A DNA stretch of 63,751 nt, the filler included, from Sluysia triapertura (Eukaryota), in the NCBI GenBank assembly GCA_046118255.1. It is 5 parts of 5 records of this genome, joined end to end, with 100 filler letters (N's around TTAATTAATTAA, not from the genome) between each part and the next. Parts side by side here need not be neighbours in the genome. Positions count along the whole stretch, not along the records: positions 48,893 to 63,751 come from JBJNIA010246540.1; 4 more parts are not named here. One strand, given 5' to 3'. Positions 56,661 through 63,751 of the stretch are shown here, piece after piece. Within the stretch, counting starts at the first letter, position 1, and every line of letters starts with the position of its first letter. The notes below the pieces were generated by a model. The model was given only the letters and a program-made list of their open reading frames with translations. It ran no database searches and was not told the DNA's origin. Made by a program: the position numbers and the translations under genes.

Positions 56661-59600
56661 TTCAAAATTTATAAGTTAGTAAAATAAAAGTATTGCATGC
56701 TCTTGATATCTTCTAAGCTGTAATTCTGGATCAATAATTTTAGAAAATTTCACTTTACTTAGAAATATTCTATTTAAAAAGTAACTTGTTAAAATCTAAT
56801 GTCATAAATAAGTAAGTGACTGTAATAGATTCCAATAAATACCAAGTTTTTGACCTTACTTCAAAAGAGATAGATGAAATAAAGAGGATTAATTTCAAAT
56901 TTCAGAAGATTAGACGTACCAAATTGTCATAAAATAATATTAAGATATTAAAATTGAGTAATTTGAACATTATTATTATTATTATTATAATAACCTTCAG
57001 TTATATAATGTTACGTTATTCGCATATAGAAATAATGAAACTGGTATCAATGGAGAAGTATCACTCATTAAAAGTGTACATTCATCAAGTAATATTTTAA
57101 TCTTTTGAGACCGAAAATTATTCCAACTTTCATAATTCTCGAAACACATTTTAGTTGAATAAAAACGGAAAATTAAATTTTGAAATAGGAGACTTTTTTC
57201 ACGAAGATTTCATGAAAATAAAAGATTATGTGAATTTTATTAGGTTTTTAATTTTGACGATTTTTAATTAATAAGTTTGATATAAAATATATTGTATCTG
57301 TTGTTTCGTCACTTAGGTACCCGGATAATTTTAAAATTTTTAAAGTCGAAATGAACGCCTTAAGCACTGTCAAAATTTTTAAAAGTTATTATTAAATTTA
57401 GTAAAAATAATATTTAATTTAACAAATTAAATAATATTCTTTTAAAGAAAAGATTAATAATTGGAACAAAAACAGAAAAACTAGGTAAAGACAATAAATT
57501 CAATCAGTGCAATAGTTTAGGAAATTGCAGTTTTCCAGACCTTGTCGAATGACCATAAGTGGTGGCTCAGCTGATTACCACGATCATATTATATTAATGA
57601 CATCAATTACAGATATGAAAACTTTGTCACAAAAGAAATCACTTATACTATCACATAACATCATATGAAATCCCATAATTTCACTACGACATTTCAACTC
57701 CAAAATCAATAGAATTATTAAATCATAGATTAATATTAAACTCTAAGTTATTAAGGTTAATATTACCACAATCCAACCTTTACAATAAATATAACCGCAC
57801 TGTCATCAAATCGTTTTACATTTTTGCTCATTTATATTTTTATTATGTTTATGTTTTCTTATATTATCATAAAGATCCTGAAATAACTCAATAAGTGTGT
57901 ATTTTATGAGACTGCTTTCATTATAGTTTATTTTTTATAACTTAAAAGACGAGAAATTAGATGCTAACGTCTTAATCAGTCGAGATGGAGTGAAGTTATG
58001 ATTAGTTTTGTTTGCCTCAAGCTCCATTTTAAAGTTTTAATTGTTTCAAATTTAGATGTTTAACATGCAGCGAAGTAATGACTTATTCGACACTCTATTC
58101 AAAGAATAACGAACTGTGTTTTAAGTTTAAAGGTCATCAGTATAGAAAGTTAAAATTAAATCACTTCACGATTACGTTAAATCATTTTAAACTGGAAATG
58201 GATCGAACACGGCTCTAATGATGAGTTAAATTTTGTTATTCGTGATTTCAGATGTTACGTTTTTAATTTTTTGAACTGAGTTTTTTATTAATAATATATT
58301 ATTATGTACGGAAGGATAATCACCATCATCTGGAAAATAATCAAACATGCATAATATCATGTAACAAGAATAGAATTACATGACACTAGAATTAGAGTTA
58401 CAGTCACATAATACATTTCATCTAAAAGCGCGGCTCCAAATCAAGAGGTACACATATCGCATGTGGACGGGTCTCTATTCAAGTATCTTGTTTGAGGAGT
58501 TCCATCGAATCATTTTGGTACTACAGAATATCCTGGATTGTCGGGAAATTGTACAAGGTTGTACTTATGACGACTTTGAGTGCGAGTCATTCAAGTCCAA
58601 AATACTGACTAGTGTTAGTAAATTCATCAGAGTAGCTGAAAGTCTTTTTTCAAGATAATCCAAAAGTGACGAGTTGAATATAATCCCTCTTTTTACATAT
58701 TAATTTGTAACACAAATAATCTTTGTTTTCAGTACTTTTGTATTTATAATTTAAATTTTCAGAATGATAATAAGTTGTGCCCTAAGCACGGGAATAATCT
58801 TTCCATTAAGAAAGATGATGATAAAATTTTGATAACAAAGTCAAGTAATTAATAATTAATATAATGAAAAATAGTAATAAATTTTGTAAATTTCATAAAT
58901 TCAATAATCAAACATCATCTCCTCAAACACTAAAATTGTGTTCAGAGTGTAAACAAACACCATATTCATCTATAAAACCAAGATGTTGTTCTGTAATACC
59001 ATCGTAATCATATGCTCTTACAATTTGATAAACCTAATATTATCAATGTTAATACTCTTCTATGCAAAGATCGAACCAAATAAACATCATATTACCATGT
59101 TATGTCTTATCGATGGCTTAATTGCGAAATCATTTAATATTAATATTAACATTTTTCAAAAGTAATGCTAACAAAATGAGGATTTACTAAGCAATTACAT
59201 TAGTGAATGAGATAAAAAATTAAAATCTGATCAGGACATTAATTTAAATAAGATTTATTTATCTTGTTCAGCAGCAATTATTTACTGGTGCAAGTACTGG
59301 TAAACAAAAACCTGGAGAAAGAGAACTTATTTGATCCTTAATAAATTTCATATTTACCTTATAATGTAATTTTATTTTTTATTAATTATTAATTAATTAA
59401 TAATTTTAATTTAAATAATTTTATGATAATTATACAGTATGATTTGTTCCATATAGTTTTGAAAATTTCGTATTTTTACTTATTGATACCTAAAAGTAGT
59501 ATGTTTATAATGAATTAAAAATAAATTTAAATTATCTGTTACATTTTCTTTATAAAAATAATCATTTTATTGAAAATAATAATAATATTATTATTAAGAT

Positions 59601-59808
59601 AATTTTTTTACTAAAGATACGATTTGAAATGTGTAAAATATGAACATATACACAAAGATGTAACAATAAGTCTACTACAAAATAAACCTGAAATTTACCG
59701 GAAGAGTAATAAACAAACTTTCAATATAAAATGGAACTTTTTTTGTTTTTTTCATTTTATTGTTTTTGTTTAAATTTTCAACTAGTATATCTGTAGACTT
59801 ATACAATA

Positions 59809-59809
<1 letters not shown>

Positions 59810-59888
<79 letters not shown>
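59810..59888. repeat. (ATT)n microsatellite in the intron upstream of the Wnt exon
   Basis: Direct read. Confidence 0.95.
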
Positions 59889-59889
<1 letters not shown>

Positions 59890-59920
59890 GTTTAATTACG
59901 TTAATATTCTTTTATTGTAG

Positions 59921-60055
59921 ATATTGTTAAATAATATGCAAAAACGATGTAAATGTCACGGAGTAAGTGGAAGTTGCAGTCAGAAAGTATGTTTTCGACA
60001 ATTACGACGTTTAGATGATGATGGTTTATTAAAAATTTTGCGAAATAGTTATTTG
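59921..60055 (+). CDS. Wnt ligand exon (subfamily unresolved)
   Basis: CKCHGVSGSCSQKVC is the Wnt signature. Bounded by TTGTAG acceptor and GTAAGT donor. Confidence 0.92.
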
Positions 60056-63000
60056 GTAAGTTTTCAATTTTTATTTAAATATGTGATACATTCATTAAGT
60101 AATGAAACTACTAATGAAAAAAACTAAAGAATTGTGATGAAATTTAATGTAGATCAGTTATGGTTTTTGTTTCCCAAGGAAAGAAAGGAAAAATGTAAGT
60201 GCTAATCGCGCGAAACTAGTAAGCAATAAACTTGAGGTCCTTTTTCTTAGAAACTCTGAGCTGATCACGAGTGTTTAAAGTTTTGCTACAATCAGTTTTA
60301 TTGGCTGATATGTGTGCATTTTCATTGAGTTGATTAAATGCATGATGATATTTATATTTCGAACGTTATATTAGGCCGTGTTATTTATGTAATGTATTAC
60401 TTTAAAATGATAGATGAATCATTCAGACTTATCGTGTTAAGTAATGTCTGCCAACATTTATCTGTAATCTCTAAAACAGCCACGACCAGTTCGCAATATA
60501 TAGGTTGCAGATATCTGCTTTAAACGGATATTTATTTTTTCATATGTCTATATGGATCAAATAGTGGATATATTTGTGTTATAATAAATATTCCAAAATA
60601 TCTAAATTAGTTGGCATTGTATCAGTTAAATATCATTCATTTGAAATGGCATATTACTAATATGAATAAATTATTAATATAGACCATCAAATAATTCAGT
60701 GAAAGAATTTTTAAATGGATTTTATGATTATTTGAATATTATTTTGACAAAAACCCAAAAGTTTTTAATAACACAGGTTTTAATAACAGAAATAGAAAAT
60801 ACTTGAAATTACTTGATAATTCTAATCGACTTTTAATTGTGCCTGAAACAACCTGTGAATCGATAGCAATTTGGCAATTATCCTCAGTGAATTGGCCTAT
60901 TGACACTAAAATATATCTTACGTTCTCACTGATTATTTCGTATGTTTTATTTATAAATTTTTCATTAAATAAATTAAAATCTGACCTAACATAATAAAGT
61001 ATTGTCGCTAGTTTGACGTTAGTAAAAAATATCAATCAAAATTTCGAAAAGAAAGTATTAAGAACTCGTTATTATTGTTATTAACTATTGTTATTATAGT
61101 TATTGTTATTGTTGGCTAAGATAGTTATTCATAAGCAATTGATTATTTCCCATAAAAATAGAAAGTACGATAACTGACAACTGCAAAAGTTATACTAATT
61201 GAGGCAGTAAATTGACCTCGCTAAATACTTAAGATAAAGGAATTTACTCTGAGCTATAAATTAATCACACTAATATATTTCTTTTCCATAACTTCAATAA
61301 CACGATAATATTAGGGGTTCAAAATATACATTCACAGACACTAAATATGGCACCATTGTCCTCTTAGTCACATAAATGCACGTTTTTTCTTAGTAATCAT
61401 ATAACCAGTAATTATTTATCAAGAATTAAGAACAAACCCACAACCTATTTTACGAAAAGGAAAAAATCTTATTGTTGCTTTTACCATGGACGTTGTTCAT
61501 AGCGAAAAAAGTTGCTATATTGATCACATTTGTGGCATAGTATCCAAAGGTATACATTTTATTATGAAAAAGGGCTGCTGATTGACTGGGGAGAAGTAAG
61601 ACATTTGTGAAAGAGAACTGATATCGGGATCCTTGAAAAATTGATAAGCAGCAAATAGAGAAAGTGGAGTTTCTGCCAAATGATCTTGAAAGAAATAGAT
61701 GCAGATTGATTGTTGGAATGTTATTGTTGTTGACCAAGTTATGTTGTTACATATAAGATTTTTTATTTAAAAAAGAAAGTTCACTGCAAAATCTGGAAGT
61801 TATCATTAAGCCGATAGTGGAATGTGACATAAGAAAAACGATCCATTCGAAACTCTGAAGACTCAACTTTAGTTTGTTTGAATGCCTTTAGAGTCATTCC
61901 CAGAATGCTTGCGTGGTCCTTAAAAAGCTCGTCATACTTTTGTTTATTTGTTTTAATGTTTACTTATTTTATAAGTAAATATAATTTGTTCAAATCAATT
62001 TGCATTCGTGACTTATTAATTCAACACAACACAAAATTTTTAAATTTTTTGAAACGTTGACTGTCGTTTTTATTTAAATGTTTTTCTTGTCGATGAATAT
62101 GAATTTTTGGAATAGATAGTCAAATGTTATCCGAAAATAGTAATTTATTAAACACAGAGGAAATATATTAATGCATTTTTAATCATCTTCACTGTGTAGA
62201 ATAATTTCATTTTTTAAACATAATCTTTAAACATAATTTTTTATAACTATCATCAAAAATTAATACTTGTTATTGATGTTTTCAGATAACAAGTCGTTTT
62301 CATTGTGCTATTTATTGTACTATTTCATTGTAGCCTATTGCACTTGGAGTATTCGCTAATTTATGTAATATAATGTAAGCAATAACTGCCATAAAATTAT
62401 TAAAATTAAGATTTTATTGTAAGTATTTTAAAAATTACATTAAATTTGAGCGGAATTAATAAAATTAATAAATATATAAATCTTTTTATCGTCATTCTCT
62501 CATTCTGTGGTTCAGAACATTAAAAGAAATATTTATTAAATTATTTTATCTCTGCACAAGTTATTAATAGATTATTATGTAAATGTATATATATAAAATT
62601 GTCTATAAAAATTTCAACACTTCTAATTAGTTTAGTCAAAGTAAAAATTGTGCTTTTAAAGCCATAAAATATGCTTCGGTTGTCACGATAATCGTTAATT
62701 GCGCCATTATTTTAATATGTCAGACAAATATTTCAAATTGTTTCTAAAAATCAACAGTTTTATGGAAAAATTTTATTACCATGTAACGAAGGAATTTTTA
62801 TGGTTACAAATACAAGATGTAATCATAAATTTAAATAATTTTAGCAGATATGACATGAAATAATCAAAACTTGATCTTTATTTTGTATTTTTATAATGCT
62901 TATAAAATTACGTGATTATTTTTTGAAACTTAATATCATATGTAGAAAATTAAATATTAAACGATATTTGAAGTATTGTTGCTAACAATTCATTTATTTA

Positions 63001-63751
63001 AGAGTTTATTTAAGATTTTCCTTAATGAAGTTTAGACTAGCGGTTTTATTAATTTTTTTCCATTTATGACCTTTGAAATAAGGAAAAATATTGCTGTATA
63101 ATTTGTATCAGAATTTGTATCATTTTCAAAATTGCCATGATATGTTTTATGTAGTGAAATCCAGATCAACTTATAAAAATCACAAGCAAACACAAACACA
63201 AATCAATTAATCTTATTAAATGTCTTAAAATATTTATTAAAAATTGTACAAAATTTAAAATTATATTTAAATTAGAAATTATTATTATAAAATTTATTTA
63301 TTACACAAAAGAAGGACTTAAGGTCAATTATCATCGAAATCAAAAGGCCAAAACACAATAAATTAATATCTATTATACACTTTCCTAAAATATAAAAGAT
63401 GAGATGACAACGAAATTTAAAACGTTTAGACACATTATAATCAGAATTTAATGAAAGTACAAAAAAGAGAATTAAAATAGAATGTACTTCAATATTAGAT
63501 TTAATTAACTTAACGTAAACTTTTTTCGAGAAAAATAAATGAAAAAATAATTTACCACTATCTACTCTTGAACTTGAAACGCCTTTTCCGGCTTTTGCAC
63601 TTTGAACTCGGCCATTCGTGATTTCATCATTAACAGTACATATTCGATCAGGTCCGTATACTAAAAGACTTTCTTATACTCCCTCTGTCCGAAAATAAGA
63701 GTCCCATTTCAATTTTACTGTGATTTTCGAGATTAAAATAACTGATGAAAA

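Overview
This is a very AT-rich, intron-containing animal (metazoan) genomic window. It appears to be five segments joined by artificial 100-bp spacers (44 N + TTAATTAATTAA + 44 N), so neighbouring segments may not be adjacent in the genome. Recognisable host gene fragments: exocyst Sec6/EXOC3 (+), a Sec7-PH Arf-GEF of PSD/EFA6 type (-), a natriuretic-peptide-receptor-like guanylyl cyclase (-), EML5/6 (-) and one Wnt exon (+). The rest is mostly decayed transposons: Tc1, mariner, pogo, piggyBac-type MITEs, L2 3' ends, a Gypsy element, and probable Helitron, MULE and hAT pieces. The most striking observation is a nested system. A ~150-bp element (5 copies) has TGTT...AACA termini, 4-bp target-site duplications and an internal tRNA-like Pol III cassette, resembling the solo LTR of a tRNA-containing TRIM. 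Two of the five copies are interrupted in or next to the tRNA D-arm by the same restriction-like-endonuclease (NeSL/R5-like, Ulp1-protease-bearing) non-LTR retrotransposon. This suggests a site-specific LINE that targets the tRNA-like part of another mobile element.
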